Positions 20,701-30,571 of a stretch of 59,784 nt of DNA are shown one piece after another. The notes under the pieces were generated by a model, which had not been told where the DNA came from, ran no database searches, and saw only the letters and a list, made by a program, of their open reading frames with translations. How positions within the stretch are numbered: position 1 is the stretch's first letter; the number at the start of each line of letters is the position of its first letter. Origin of the DNA: a virus (Duplodnaviria > Caudoviricetes); the IMG/VR virus record IMGVR_UViG_3300027741_000069, positions 1-59,784 of that record. One strand, given 5' to 3'. A program made the translations under genes and the position numbers.

Positions 20701-23700
20701 GAATTCTGAATCAACATCATAAAAATCAATAAATTTAGATGCATTTTGTGAGAAGTTGGGCAATAGGCCAGTTCTAATAGAAGATTTTGGAATTTCTGTC
20801 CAATAATTTATATCAAATGTATCCGACGCCGAAATCTTCCGTGTCGATACGTAATATTTGTTTTTAAAGCTAACCATGTCTCCTTTTAGATAGTCCTTAC
20901 CCACTTTCCATAAATCAGGCAAACTATTATTAAAAATAAACCCTGGAGAAGAGATTGTCCCATCCCATCCGCCACTTTTACGACCAACCAACTTTAATCT
21001 AAATTGTCTACTTCCCAATTCTGGTTTATAAATTACATCGTTGAAAATGGTAGTATTGTCAAAAACTAACACATGCTCGAATTGGATCAGATTTAAGTCA
21101 ACCAAAGCAAAAGTTTCACCGACTACAGATTCGATTGAAAAGACCCCGACATCTCTATTCACAGATAAGGTTTCTATTTTAATGACGTTAAAGTTTGAAT
21201 CCAATATGGTCATTTGATTATTCTTATCAGACAAGTCATCAACAACACTATTGGTCAATAAAAGAGTTAGTTTTTTGCCCACTGGGCTTAATACCAATAT
21301 ACTCTTTAATTGCCAAGACTGTAAGGTCCATGTCAAGAATTCTTTTGCACTTAATACCCAATTTTGCTGCTCTTTAAGATCAGGATTGAATGTATCAAAA
21401 ACAAAACCCATTGACATTAAATATCTTTGATAGCTGATTAAAAAATCCACTACTTGTTGTTTATTGGTGAATTCCTGTCCATAAGAAATTAATATCTTTT
21501 CTTTTTTATAGGCATTAAAAATAACAGCTGATGTGTTTTCTACCGTAATAGTATAACTATCATTGGCAGAAACATCACTAGGTATTATAATAAAATATGG
21601 CACATTTGTGTTATACCCATTAACGCTATATCCATTTTGTGTTTTTTCAATTATCACCGCACTATATGTTGCTCTACTAATTGGAGATCCCTTATTAAGA
21701 TAAACTTTATAATTTTCTGATGGTATGATAATAGATTCATTTGTGCTAGTTGGACTATATTGTTCTGCCAAAACTGTCAAATATGTTTTGTCGGAAAAAC
21801 CCGACATTTTATATGATAATTGAACTGAACTATTATCTAATAGATTTCTTAAATTTTTAAAAGGATCAGCTGCTGAGTTAACAATATATGCTAATATAAA
21901 ATTTAAATACCCCGAAGCTCTACTAATAGTAGAACCGATGGGTTCTCCGTTTAACCGAATACTATCTGTAGTTACCCTTAAATTATTTTGTCTATTTACA
22001 TATTCTTCAGTTTTTTGATTTTTAAAATATCCATTAATATCAAATAACGTTCCAAAATAAAATGCTGGCTTCATTAATGCCAATGCTCTCTGAATAGCAA
22101 ATGGATATTCGCTGGACTTTCGCCAGGCAGTTTCGACAGGGCCATGATCCCCAAACGAAAAACTATCGGAAATTCTATTAGAGTTGAATTTAGAAATTAT
22201 GATTGATATTGGCGGCAACAAGACGCCTTGATCATCGACTGGTATAATTGCTGATAGCCCTTGTCTAATATAATTCTTATCAATACCTTTTCTTTCCCCC
22301 TGCCTAATAATTCCATTTTCTAAATCTAACCAAAGATTTTTATTATCAGACGTGTATGGTGCTGGACCATAAATTTGATGCCACCAATCTGGTTTTTTGC
22401 TAAAACCTAACATCTCCCAAGGGTGCGTATTTGGCCTATCTGTATCATATAAAAATTTATATATCCCTCTCCACCAACCAGGCAACGATTCTATGGATAA
22501 TTTGTTTTTGCTATTTTTATAATTATAGGAAAATAGGTCACTATTAATGATATAACTATTGGTTGAAAAATCTAACCTATTATCCCCAACCCAAGTTAAA
22601 AAACTGCTTGATAATATTTCATTAAATTCTTTTAAAGAATAATCTGTGTTTCTAAATTGTCCAGGAATATATTCATTAATATCAACAAATTTTACATCAT
22701 CATTTCTTTTTATATTATTAAAAATCCTAGTCTCCAATTCCAACAATAATTTGTCTCTAATATCTCCAAATGCAGGGGTTAAGCTACCATCATGCCCCTG
22801 TATGACCGCCGTTGGTTTTTGATATGTACTATCGATAAAGATTTCTGGTAAAAATTTGGGATAAAGACCTAACTTTGTTGGGGTTTCTGGTATAAAATTT
22901 CCATCAGTATCATATTCTTTAATCTCTAATATTCCGTTGACACTCAAATCAACATTTTCATCAATTATTATTGTTGGAAGCACTTTACTAAAGACATAAT
23001 CTTTTCCATACGACAATAAATTCTGGTTATAGTAAACTAAGATTGCTCTAGATTGCAATTTCGATGGATCAAATTTTGATCCTATTCTATATTGTTTTTC
23101 AATTTTATTCGTTATTTTATAGCTAAAAAGTTTATGTCTGCCATATGGGACCATATCACTATAAAACCAAGGAAAAGAATTATTTTTATTTTGATTAATA
23201 ATCTCTAATAGAGAATCAATAGTTATATTGTTTTGATTTTGCTGTATTAAGGTCAAAATTAAATCTAAAAATTTATTTTTAAATTTTACGTATTCTTGTC
23301 TTGCAAATTCCAAGGCATTTATAAAGTTTGCCTGTTTTGAAATCAAGAATAACGAAGAATAAATTATTGGAGAAGCATGTTGCAGTATGTTACCACCTAA
23401 TTTAGATACATCCAGATCTCTAATATTTTCAAATTTTGAATTTTGTTGAATAATCGAAAAATGATTTCTTAACTGGCCAAAATTCAAATCCAAGATCGAT
23501 GCATTCTCACTATTATATTCTAAATTAGATGGTATTTGATAATATCCCAGATTGCTCACAGACTTGCTGTAAATTAAAATATCAATCTTATCTCCTAATG
23601 TTAAAATTGTGTTGTCGATTTCAATGGTATTAATTTCATTGATCTTGACTATTTTAAAATTAGCTTCTGACAATAGAGAATTATTTAAAAATACTTTGAT

Positions 23701-26700
23701 ATTTGGCAACAACATTGATGGTTCTGGGAGAATATCAATGATAAAATTGTTAGATGTTCCAGAATAAGATGCACTAATAATTTGATACTGTCGAGTTTTT
23801 TCCGACACTAAATTCCAAACACTAACATTGGTGTGAGTTGTTGCGGTGATATTCTTTCGTAAATATCCCAAAGATATAAGTTCTTTTTTTGGCTTATTAT
23901 TGTCAAGATATTCAAAACTATCGTTGTCAAAATTATTTTCAAAAGTGATTTCAGAAGACGTGTAACTACTTGTGGTGTAATGGAGTGGGAACCCTAAAAC
24001 TGCATCAATCCCGCCTGACCCGATCTTATAAGAAAATACCTTTGTTCCAGAAAAGCTACTAGCCGGATATACAGCAGTTGAGGATAAGCTAATGCCGTCA
24101 GAATTAAATACATCAAATTTTGGTTGTTGATTTTTTTTAGTTTTTATTTGTGCTTCAATCCACAAAGTTCCGTTAAAATAAAAAGTAACACCTTTATTAA
24201 TTCCAGCTTTAGCGACAACAGCACTACCAGCAACTGCAATATCAGCTGGATCTGGAGACACAATAAGTCTAACCCTCGGGTTTTTAATCTTATATTCAAC
24301 ATTGACTAATAGATAATCAGTTGATCTTTCTAAATACATCGAGGTGTCAGAATGGATTGTGGCCACTGTACCAATACACACATCGTTTGTGTCATAAATT
24401 TTAGATCCTATAGAAATTTCACTTTGAAATTTTGTTTCATATCCAATAATTTCCGACAATCCAGATGCGATTCTAATTTTTACATTATCAATTAGGAATT
24501 TAGAAATTGGCATTGTGGCTTTAAATCTGATGGTATAATTTTTATTACCGTCATATTTCACAGAGGTAATTACACCATCGGGCGACCCAGATCCCAGGTC
24601 AAGACCCTCAATTAATGTTGCCCCTAATAAGTCATCACGACCTATAACCCGCCAATCGTACTCATAATCTATATTTAAATTGGGTTTAAATATATTATAG
24701 TTTCGTCCAACAGGGATCGGCTTTGATTTGGCTCGGAAATTAATATATACGGGTTCATTTCTCAACAAACCTGTTCCTATATAATCATAATATTCACGTT
24801 CCACAGACTCATCTTGCACCCCATATTCAACAGTATAAACTTGAGATCTAACTAATGGATCGAGATCATTAGCGAACAATACTCGTTGTCCATTTTTCAA
24901 TGAAAGGTCTGGTAGACTTAACGTCTTACTATGTTGTATTTGGTTAAATGCGTCTTGATATTTTAAATCAATTTGATCAACAGGGCGCATGCCAATCGAT
25001 CCAGAATTAAACATTTGAATATTTGGACGAAATTCAATGATAGGTCTTCTAGCTCTTGACGACTGGTTAATCGATATTCTAGTCCCATTATATTCAGCAG
25101 ACGCTTCAATTATTGATATATGATACCAACAATTCTGTCTAGACCAAGCATTTAAATCCATACTGGATCTATTAGAAACTACATATTCAGGATCAATTGG
25201 ACCATAATATGGTTCATCTATATTATCCACATCAAAATTCACAGCATCCAAGCCCATTAACGATTCGTCGATATTGAGTTCAGGACAAACCATCAAAGAA
25301 TGATCAACCAACACTATACCTTCATCGGACCCAACACCTTCCACAATGTAAGTGTTGTTTATATATTTGGTTGGGGTAATATGTTTACCAAATTGAATTT
25401 TCATACCATTGGATAGAATAATACCACTGCTATTGGACCATTGTTTTTTCCCGAGTATATCAGTTTCAACATCAACAGCTTCTATTACTCTATCCACCAA
25501 TCTAATTTTACCAAAAGCGTCTGGGTTACTGGAATCTTGATAATATAATTCATCAAGCTGAGCTGTGAGTGATGGTACAGGTTTTAAATATCCTTCTTTA
25601 GTTTTAAAAAACTCTTTATGTGCATTTTTTATTCCAGTTCTGACATGAATTCTCGAATCAACAGCAATATTCGAAACATACTGCAATGTGTTAATTGGGT
25701 TTTGACTGTCAGATCTATCAACAACTACTCTCCAAACGCCACGCCTAAATTCAGGATCTATGGCGCCACCTGTATTTTTAGAAAACCAATCCTGATCAGA
25801 ATCTGAATCAGAAATAAAAACAAAAGTTTTTCCATCTGTATCCAATGTTATTCCATCAAAACTTATAGTGTTGGGAATATATGCATTGATATCTGAAAGT
25901 TTTGATCCATCTACATATGCAAATGTTGTATCCAAAGCAAAATCAACAACCGATGACATTGGCATTTTAAGATAGAAATCTTGTGATGTAGACAAGGGAA
26001 CGAAGAACTCAACTTCGCCCACATCCTCACCATTATTTGTAACCCCAAAAACGTCCCTTGTACTAATTAATGGAGAAATATTTTTTGTTCCTGATATTCC
26101 TGGTTGCGTTTGTATCCAAAAACCACTTCCCGGCTGCGATACTTTGAACTTATATACTCCACCACGCATCAAAGTAATTTCAGGATTTTTTGTTTCCGTG
26201 TTATCAAATTGATAAGAATCATTGATAGCATCTTTTGAAATGATAAATGTCTGATGTGATTTTACAACTGTTGTCCCAATTAGAATTGGGTCCGGTCCAT
26301 TTGGTAGCCAATAATATTGACTAAAGTTAACAAACTTATCTAAATCTATTAATCCACTAAAGGAATAATACTCTGATGAGAACAATCTGTCGTGATTATT
26401 AACTTTAGCACCATAATATTCTAACTTGTTTAATAGATCAACATAGCTACTATAAAATTTGATATTATTTGATTCGGAAACAACAACACTGGGTTCAAGC
26501 TGATAATTCCTACGATCTTTATTAGTTTCTAATAAATATCCATCATTAGGTTTATATGTGGGAGCGAATTTTCTACCAATATATCCATCTAATCTAACAA
26601 AATTGGCATCGGAAATCAATTGATCCAATGTAGCATTTAGGAATTTCTCATTAGTTTCGGTCCTAAATATACTTGGTAAAAAATCTGAAGTTTTTTTATT

Positions 26701-26706
26701 GGCCAT
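14785..26706 (-). CDS. Giant baseplate wedge/structural protein (3973 aa, at the gp7-like position) with FG-GAP-type propeller and CBM-like modules
   Basis: Uninterrupted ORF immediately downstream of the gp6-like gene. FGxS/VxxS...GAP repeats at ~18270-19690; WxxGxxYxxGDxVxF-type modules at ~20800-20915 and ~15880-15990; VxNPGSGY repeats at ~16080-16290. Confidence 0.7.
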   Translation of the reverse strand: MANKKTSDFLPSIFRTETNEKFLNATLDQLISDANFVRLDGYIGRKFAPTYKPNDGYLLETNKDRRNYQLEPSVVVSESNNIKFYSSYVDLLNKLEYYGAKVNNHDRLFSSEYYSFSGLIDLDKFVNFSQYYWLPNGPDPILIGTTVVKSHQTFIISKDAINDSYQFDNTETKNPEITLMRGGVYKFKVSQPGSGFWIQTQPGISGTKNISPLISTRDVFGVTNNGEDVGEVEFFVPLSTSQDFYLKMPMSSVVDFALDTTFAYVDGSKLSDINAYIPNTISFDGITLDTDGKTFVFISDSDSDQDWFSKNTGGAIDPEFRRGVWRVVVDRSDSQNPINTLQYVSNIAVDSRIHVRTGIKNAHKEFFKTKEGYLKPVPSLTAQLDELYYQDSSNPDAFGKIRLVDRVIEAVDVETDILGKKQWSNSSGIILSNGMKIQFGKHITPTKYINNTYIVEGVGSDEGIVLVDHSLMVCPELNIDESLMGLDAVNFDVDNIDEPYYGPIDPEYVVSNRSSMDLNAWSRQNCWYHISIIEASAEYNGTRISINQSSRARRPIIEFRPNIQMFNSGSIGMRPVDQIDLKYQDAFNQIQHSKTLSLPDLSLKNGQRVLFANDLDPLVRSQVYTVEYGVQDESVEREYYDYIGTGLLRNEPVYINFRAKSKPIPVGRNYNIFKPNLNIDYEYDWRVIGRDDLLGATLIEGLDLGSGSPDGVITSVKYDGNKNYTIRFKATMPISKFLIDNVKIRIASGLSEIIGYETKFQSEISIGSKIYDTNDVCIGTVATIHSDTSMYLERSTDYLLVNVEYKIKNPRVRLIVSPDPADIAVAGSAVVAKAGINKGVTFYFNGTLWIEAQIKTKKNQQPKFDVFNSDGISLSSTAVYPASSFSGTKVFSYKIGSGGIDAVLGFPLHYTTSSYTSSEITFENNFDNDSFEYLDNNKPKKELISLGYLRKNITATTHTNVSVWNLVSEKTRQYQIISASYSGTSNNFIIDILPEPSMLLPNIKVFLNNSLLSEANFKIVKINEINTIEIDNTILTLGDKIDILIYSKSVSNLGYYQIPSNLEYNSENASILDLNFGQLRNHFSIIQQNSKFENIRDLDVSKLGGNILQHASPIIYSSLFLISKQANFINALEFARQEYVKFKNKFLDLILTLIQQNQNNITIDSLLEIINQNKNNSFPWFYSDMVPYGRHKLFSYKITNKIEKQYRIGSKFDPSKLQSRAILVYYNQNLLSYGKDYVFSKVLPTIIIDENVDLSVNGILEIKEYDTDGNFIPETPTKLGLYPKFLPEIFIDSTYQKPTAVIQGHDGSLTPAFGDIRDKLLLELETRIFNNIKRNDDVKFVDINEYIPGQFRNTDYSLKEFNEILSSSFLTWVGDNRLDFSTNSYIINSDLFSYNYKNSKNKLSIESLPGWWRGIYKFLYDTDRPNTHPWEMLGFSKKPDWWHQIYGPAPYTSDNKNLWLDLENGIIRQGERKGIDKNYIRQGLSAIIPVDDQGVLLPPISIIISKFNSNRISDSFSFGDHGPVETAWRKSSEYPFAIQRALALMKPAFYFGTLFDINGYFKNQKTEEYVNRQNNLRVTTDSIRLNGEPIGSTISRASGYLNFILAYIVNSAADPFKNLRNLLDNSSVQLSYKMSGFSDKTYLTVLAEQYSPTSTNESIIIPSENYKVYLNKGSPISRATYSAVIIEKTQNGYSVNGYNTNVPYFIIIPSDVSANDSYTITVENTSAVIFNAYKKEKILISYGQEFTNKQQVVDFLISYQRYLMSMGFVFDTFNPDLKEQQNWVLSAKEFLTWTLQSWQLKSILVLSPVGKKLTLLLTNSVVDDLSDKNNQMTILDSNFNVIKIETLSVNRDVGVFSIESVVGETFALVDLNLIQFEHVLVFDNTTIFNDVIYKPELGSRQFRLKLVGRKSGGWDGTISSPGFIFNNSLPDLWKVGKDYLKGDMVSFKNKYYVSTRKISASDTFDINYWTEIPKSSIRTGLLPNFSQNASKFIDFYDVDSEFIDPQFRKLSSGLIGYRYRNYLSDLNIDLTTQTKFYQGYIKDKGTKKSISSLLSASSSGAHNRTASITFDEEWAIKVGEYGAQNSNLTLDIDLGDSDSITNSFGIIIDENSDHLGFIPVQSNKEYLMGSKAFPGFLTRNNETIRESDIPTAGYVNLDDVDFTLFDIANSAVDATNIQSMTIGKHIWVANDLSFNWQVYRIDESNNNIKSVEYGLDMLAIVTTTKTNSLIANDPIIIKQLHPQFDGLYIVEESINLNKFSIRIDQNQVSLLKQGSLKNIGQLFLLKSARYQNIPSVIADAQQNSWLTRNKFWVDSDENNRWAFYKKTENWKLSRKISLETSDDMEFVGYGSSISSSPDQKFIAAGSPEKNNGRGRIHVIYFNDGNYTVDTIDSQNPGMKSLGFCLDMSNEYLISGAPKFKNETGLVTVCSWDTNLNTYAIVQIICPPKNENTSLFGYSVSLTADSKTLYIGSPGNGAVYKYSLMSPKKRVQYIEFNPLIRTYKLISSAFKDPQVSGYLAVDINGEFLIPGLDYLNNFDNILLSDQKFLEYKNKLSGVNTVTIRVRLLPHYKYSGIKLVGGLSGSKFGHSIKISSESDVLLVGAPFDGLPSSAPIGSAYVFESDKLLQKIFPIRKLNTRSDFGFSVECSKEADKLYISAPNIIQSESSGGAVFCYAKKGKVYEIEQTLVSPVNQNNQEFGHRVKISPNDKSLLISSLLGSAKLFETYDQNSTIFDSNNTKFYQGNPGTGCVYLYEMLGTGPQSFIHTKEFLDGNSKRGDGFGNSIEITENRILIGSNFGVGKSNQIGEIYEYFNANNSNTWGKLRSQETSIDITSINNISLFNKTNGNILSLLDIVDPIKGKVLGIVDQDLDYRSSTDPAVYNSGSLYSNGIILDHSWASSQLGKTWWDLSKVRYIDYEQSELTYRLKTWGQIFPGSEIHVYEWSESDTPPSKHISSNKPGIPLNGDDSRYSSVSYTNTQSGNIVVKYYYWVRLLTKIPNNSNRSISIAEMEQSILNPNSQSIPYVGFLSKNSMAIFNSRNYISGSDIVLRVNYDKVLNSNLNHNEYALVGDGDSKLKIPDTIVDKMIDSLSGIDIMGEIVPDFNLSPQYNTGILLRPRQTMILNKSEALRNVISFLNSVLSTDSIVLKIQSSPEFKKSRLNQIDQFPTDFDFKVDSKEELAYIGAKNNEVALVVSDSDFGGIWTLYKFNDGFFNLIKNQTSNTKKFWTTKEWYASGFSSNLTINFIVDQYNAIAQLGIKSGDVIKVLTKHGFEIYYFDTPNDSRLIGLEYGTIEFLENIWDQTQIGFDSTATDQEGFDGNNSIEIRQILYALRYEILTGSLENIFNQMIFVLINYILSEQNNVGWAFKTSFIRVIHNIRALEQTPNFIKDNQNYYVDYINEVKPYRTKIRDYVLSYSNLDVGKIKSTDFDLPSSWDGDLKMYRSPSGEYPVKDGQSLLQPQYQDWRNNLHYSIESIKIVNPGLGFLLPPSIKIVSLDGFGSGATAIATINPNNGSLASIRVTNPGSGYVSTPLIMVNGDGFMAELVPVMTNKKIRSFKIVLKFDRISYTTQVTEWLPNKFYKFGSLVSYQGQGYRANTNVPAFELFNYSLFSRISDSDYISANDRIASIYRPDYYQSSKEIGENGSINLSRLIPGIIRSANTNEGTPLDFGDDLSQPLALKNVDQNQYIISGGAFDKGEKVANSPEELVPGIIFESISIKVITKEVNLDDNLDFQSDRMLAYRIVKDTVGNVGYFAMSRSASAVLLRELNWNDTVIYVDDVSVLTLPNPANNIPGVIYISGEKIRYFAIDKVTNTIGQLIRGADKTSIPEVHQIYSIIEDASSRLEVPSSISEQTQSIAFSKNIRVVGLTFNVPNNLLQIREALTLKIGSNILPYGEYYLLSIDNSTGTPVVLVTFTKTASNRILDGLIINVTFSQERIWLNPSPPGSTRVTDGLGLMAASTIQANFLKTKLY

Positions 26707-26725
26707 CTTATATTATCCAATTTCT

Positions 26726-29700
26726 TTAATATGACAAATGCAGTTGTGTTGCTGTCAATGAGGTCACGATTTCCACATTTTCAACAGTGGCTGCATTTAT
26801 GATAATTTCATTCGGCTCACAGTTAATTTGATATAAATGACCAAAAACCAACTTAGCATTTTGTGAAACTATAGTTATAGAAGCGATATTTGGAACCAAC
26901 ACTTGATGTAAATACGCACTCAATTCACTAAAATAAAATGTCTCACCAAAATCCCAATTGCTTATATCAAAATAATTATTAATTGCATCAATAACCGATG
27001 TTTTAATATCATTATCACTAGTATCAATTGAGGTGTTTTTGACTACTTTAAATATCGCTTGCAGGTTTTCGGTAGCTTTCGATCCAAATATTGGTTTGAA
27101 AACTGCGCTATGAAATACTATAGTATCAGACAAACTCCTGATATCATTCAATGACGAGTAATCAGAAGATAATTCAACTGACGACGGGGGAATCGGCTTG
27201 TCTATCGTGCCACTAGAGTCAGAAATCCATTTCCTATATGCAGAATCATATGATGCCGTTAATACATATATATCAATAATATTAGTAGTACCCGGATCTA
27301 TTCTTCTACTTTCAGAACTATTATGTTTATATTGAAAATACAAACCTTGCCTTCCAAAAGTGGTCTTGTAGCCAAAGATTTCTACTAACATTAAATCATT
27401 ATTGATTTGATAGAATTTTTTATCAGAATCTGCATAGAAAATTTGACCTATCTGATATAATTTTAAAAATTCAAGTATTTGATTACGTGATTGATAGGAA
27501 GAATCTATCAAACCATCTTTAACTAGTTCATAATCAACAAATCTATTATCGTTTTGAATTTTTTTAAAATGAATTCGTTTTAGATTCGAGTTTACTCTAG
27601 GATTTACTAATTTATTAAAAATTTCAGGATTATCAGGAATCCCGTCATTATTTAGATCAGAATAAGTAACCAATACTCTATTGTTACTAATATATCCATC
27701 TGAATCAACTGGTGTTTTGTATATATACCAGATATAATCTACCCCAAGTGCAGAAAACGAATCAGGACTAGTATTAGTTTTAAATATAGTTACTTGATCA
27801 TTAATTACCTGGCCAGACTTGGGATCATAAATCCTTAATTTTTCGTCTTTATAAAATCTAACCTGACTCTCGCTCTCAAATACGTATTCGACATTTCTAT
27901 AATAAACATTATAATTACCGTTAAACTCAAATCTAATCAACCAACTAGAATCTTTACCAGAATTACTTGAATCCAATTCATTCACTAAGCTAAAATTGTC
28001 AGACGTATTCAAATTTTGATCATTTATGACTCTCCAGGTTTGATATTTGCTATTATAGGAAATTCCGAAGTTTTTAAATCCTTTAATTAAATTTGCAACA
28101 GTTGCTACAAATATATTGGAAAAACTATTTTTAAATGTAGGATATATTTTTTCAACAATTGCACCATTTGGCACAAATGTATTTAAAGTAACGGACCCTA
28201 GACCATTTGTCTGTGGTGAGAAAACTCTGCCAGACACATTTTCTACACCAGCAAATATCTCCATCTTATCAGTTAATAGTGAGGGCGGGCCTGGAATCAT
28301 ATTGTTATTTGCATCAAAATGATATCCGGGATATGGTCTAAATTTAATTATTGCACCCTTTTTGATATAATTAATTCCATTATTGAAACTAGTGTCTAAT
28401 GTCTCAGATTCAGGCAATATATCCCAGGAGTCTGGCATTGTTTTATCATTGAATAGATAATCATCCAACCCTGATTTTACTACTAACAAAAACGGAACAA
28501 CTGCAACTGCCGACATTGAATCAATGACTGTAATAGTATATGAAGTTATTAATGACTCCAAAATCGGTGTCCCATAAATCCTGCCTGTTGATGCATTAAA
28601 ATTTAGTCCTTTTGGTAATTCTGGTGATATAGAATAACTGTAAGGCGCTGTCCCGCCAGAAGCAGTTGCTGGAGAAAAGGATTCAATCTTTTGATTTACA
28701 CCAAGCTGCTTGGTTAAATTTTTCACAGTTAACTTTAAATTCGTATTTACTGTAGTAATTTCTGTAGCAATGTGCGATCCTGGCAATCCTTGAAACAAAT
28801 ATGGCGGATTAGCTACCAGATTTTCAATGTTTGCTGGGGAGAAATATCCAGTCACTGCCGGAATCTTAGATGTTTGTAATGTCCAGGAATGCTTATTTAA
28901 ACTATATGTAGTATAATTTTCATAATAAAAATGCCTAAATTCTATAGAATTAATGATATTATCAATAATCTTCTCGTGAATTAAATTGTTGATATTTGTG
29001 AATTCTGAATACTCAATAATAGTCGAATTAATATTATTATTTTTGTATAAAACACCGTCGTCAGCAAAACTATTAGTGCTAGAATATTTCCCAGTAGGAT
29101 CTGTAATATCCAAATATTTACTAATACCGGCACTAGACCTATTAATACTTTTTACTTTTAAAATATTTCCAAAAGATGTAAATGGTAGGATGTTATAGTC
29201 CTCACCAGTTATCATTCTATTTTGCGTATAATATTGCTGTGGCGCCTTTTGTTTTATGTCATCTAAGGTTTCTCTAGTTGATGCATTAATAACGGTGTAT
29301 TTTAAACTAGCTTTAATTGTTAATGTTTCCAATCTTCCAGCCCTATTGATATAGTTCATTGGAATGATAACATTTTGAAGTTCATTTGGTGTTATTTTAT
29401 AATTTAAGCCATCACTAGTTCTAAAATAAACTCTAAAATTCCCTTTTGGTATATTTGTAAAACTACCATCCCCAAATATTAAATCAATTTGATCATTATT
29501 TCGTGTATTAATTTGATATAAATTTTTATCGGTGCTTTTAGTATAAACTACATTCACACCAGACACAGCAGGTACCGATTTCCAATAAGTTTGAATATTT
29601 CCAGAACTTGAGAGACTATATAACCAAATATCTGTTTGATTTATGTTTGTAAAATCTAATGGAACAACCCTATTGGGTAAAGAATCATTTAATGAAAATT

Positions 29701-30499
29701 CCTGGCTTTGTAATATGCCTTGCTTAAAATAAACAAAAAAACCAGTATTGTTAGAGCCATTACCATAGCCATCATTTCTATACAATAAATTAAATAACGC
29801 ATTTGGTTTTGGTGGCTCTTCGTAAAGATAAGTTTTTCCTAGACTAGTTGCACTTATAACTTCAAAATTAACATTACTGTTTTCCACTAATGCTTGAAAT
29901 TGATATATGCTGGATGTGTTTGGCGCCAGGTTCAAAGAATATTCATCTGTTTTAATAAAATTTATTGTCTGAGTATTCCCTGGTTTGCCCACAATCTGTG
30001 AACCAACTAACGAAGAATTAATTATTGTTCCGAACTGCTCTAACCAATTGCTATTATTTTTATCATCCCAATATACAACAAGATTGCTTAAATTAAATCC
30101 ATTACTATCAAAAATTGTTTCTGTTGTACTTACTGAATCAATTTTTAAAAATCCAGTTGCAGGCATATTTCTTTTTGGATTATAACTAACCAACTTGGCC
30201 AATTTTAGAATACTATCCCTACGCTCTGCTGTGTCGATGAAATTTTCTCTAGCGTTTAGGTCTGTCCTAAATGCCAGACTTTGTCCCATGAACGCAATTA
30301 GATCAATTAATGCAATATACTCGCTACTGTCTGTGAAGTCGTTGAAATCCTCAGGATAATTGATCCTAATATAATCAATCATACTCTTTCTTAAAGTTTC
30401 AAAATCGTAACTGGTGAAATCGGCGTCTTGAAACGTCTGATATATTTTTTTCCAGTTTTCTGCTACAAGCAGAGAATTTTGTCTTTTATTAATGGCCAT
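26726..30499 (-). CDS. gp6: Baseplate wedge subunit, T4 gp6-like, with an inserted Ig-like domain
   Basis: DFETLRKSMIDY..FNDF..SS...LID..A, ENFIDTA.RR.S..KLA..V.Y.PK, FGDG...IP, ETLDDIKQKAP..Y.TQNRMIT.EDY; follows the gp25-like gene. Confidence 0.85.
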   Translation of the reverse strand: MAINKRQNSLLVAENWKKIYQTFQDADFTSYDFETLRKSMIDYIRINYPEDFNDFTDSSEYIALIDLIAFMGQSLAFRTDLNARENFIDTAERRDSILKLAKLVSYNPKRNMPATGFLKIDSVSTTETIFDSNGFNLSNLVVYWDDKNNSNWLEQFGTIINSSLVGSQIVGKPGNTQTINFIKTDEYSLNLAPNTSSIYQFQALVENSNVNFEVISATSLGKTYLYEEPPKPNALFNLLYRNDGYGNGSNNTGFFVYFKQGILQSQEFSLNDSLPNRVVPLDFTNINQTDIWLYSLSSSGNIQTYWKSVPAVSGVNVVYTKSTDKNLYQINTRNNDQIDLIFGDGSFTNIPKGNFRVYFRTSDGLNYKITPNELQNVIIPMNYINRAGRLETLTIKASLKYTVINASTRETLDDIKQKAPQQYYTQNRMITGEDYNILPFTSFGNILKVKSINRSSAGISKYLDITDPTGKYSSTNSFADDGVLYKNNNINSTIIEYSEFTNINNLIHEKIIDNIINSIEFRHFYYENYTTYSLNKHSWTLQTSKIPAVTGYFSPANIENLVANPPYLFQGLPGSHIATEITTVNTNLKLTVKNLTKQLGVNQKIESFSPATASGGTAPYSYSISPELPKGLNFNASTGRIYGTPILESLITSYTITVIDSMSAVAVVPFLLVVKSGLDDYLFNDKTMPDSWDILPESETLDTSFNNGINYIKKGAIIKFRPYPGYHFDANNNMIPGPPSLLTDKMEIFAGVENVSGRVFSPQTNGLGSVTLNTFVPNGAIVEKIYPTFKNSFSNIFVATVANLIKGFKNFGISYNSKYQTWRVINDQNLNTSDNFSLVNELDSSNSGKDSSWLIRFEFNGNYNVYYRNVEYVFESESQVRFYKDEKLRIYDPKSGQVINDQVTIFKTNTSPDSFSALGVDYIWYIYKTPVDSDGYISNNRVLVTYSDLNNDGIPDNPEIFNKLVNPRVNSNLKRIHFKKIQNDNRFVDYELVKDGLIDSSYQSRNQILEFLKLYQIGQIFYADSDKKFYQINNDLMLVEIFGYKTTFGRQGLYFQYKHNSSESRRIDPGTTNIIDIYVLTASYDSAYRKWISDSSGTIDKPIPPSSVELSSDYSSLNDIRSLSDTIVFHSAVFKPIFGSKATENLQAIFKVVKNTSIDTSDNDIKTSVIDAINNYFDISNWDFGETFYFSELSAYLHQVLVPNIASITIVSQNAKLVFGHLYQINCEPNEIIINAATVENVEIVTSLTATQLHLSY

Positions 30500-30571
30500 T
30501 ATAGAAACCCAACGTAATATTATTTATTGATTTCAAAATATATAGTTTTAATACTAAATTTGATAAAAAAT

